Shown here in pieces: positions 39,841 through 39,913 of a stretch of 39,913 nt of DNA. Below the pieces are notes generated by a model. That model saw only the letters and a program-made list of their open reading frames with translations, was not told the origin of the DNA and did no database searches. Source of the DNA: Campylobacterota bacterium (GTDB taxonomy: Bacteria > Campylobacterota > Campylobacteria > Campylobacterales > Arcobacteraceae); the NCBI GenBank assembly GCA_034658775.1, contig JAYEFX010000050.1, forward strand, positions 1 through 39,913, given 5' to 3'. A program made the translations under genes and the position numbers. Position 1 is the stretch's first letter. Every line of letters starts with the position of its first letter.

Positions 39841-39864
39841 GGTGTAATAAAAAATTCTCAAAGT

Positions 39865-39913
39865 AGGCAGCGACTTACGTTTCCGTCAAGGGGACCCTGC
39901 AGTATTATCAGCG
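39865..39913 (-). rRNA. rrf: 5S ribosomal RNA, 3' portion (5' part lies beyond the window edge)
   Basis: The minus strand reads CGCTGATAATACTGCAGGGTCCCCTTGACGGAAACGTAAGTCGCTGCCT. This aligns by eye with the E. coli 5S 3' half CGCCGATGGTAGTGTGGGGTCTCCCCATGCGAGAGTAGGGAACTGCCAGGCAT. Confidence 0.85.

Overview
This is a gene-dense, low-GC chromosomal segment (about 35-38% GC by eye, not computed). It holds about 41 protein genes and ends in the 3' part of a 5S rRNA gene on the minus strand.

Gene content and micro-synteny point to a Campylobacterota (Epsilonproteobacteria) core-genome region. The supporting arrangements are prfA-rpsT divergent from glmM-lspA, ispDF followed by an HP1021-type atypical response regulator and pgpA, and purM next to a speE-like gene, coaE and dapF. 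These neighbourhoods are recalled from Helicobacter and Campylobacter genomes, not searched.

Most genes are housekeeping: proA, gpsA, gatB, thiC, ispDF, purM, coaE, dapF, prfA, rpsT, glmM, lspA, hisZ, purA, carA and an Mrp/ApbC ATPase. Transporters and conserved DUF proteins are interspersed. I found no CRISPR array, transposase, integrase, tRNA or long repeat family.

The only clearly accessory-looking stretch is an AT-rich single-gene island at about 18.1-20.1 kb. It encodes a 510-aa Fic protein with three notable parts:
- The N-terminal third looks like an AbiEi (type IV antitoxin, wHTH) module.
- The middle carries the [ST]xxxE[GN] auto-inhibition motif.
- The promoter carries three phased palindromic repeats.

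This island is my best candidate for an undescribed one-polypeptide toxin-antitoxin or defence-like system.

Secondary points of interest:
- A DUF1800/DUF1501 pair in which only one partner has a Tat signal.
- Two conserved genes (a DUF2461 gene and lspA) whose conserved N-termini have no ATG/GTG/TTG start.
- An HP1021-like receiver lacking the phospho-acceptor Asp.
- A pseudo-receiver GGDEF cyclase.
- A 1.2-kaa DUF748 protein with four repeats.
- Compact hairpins that contain the stop codons of convergent genes.

All family assignments come from motif recognition by eye. No searches were run.
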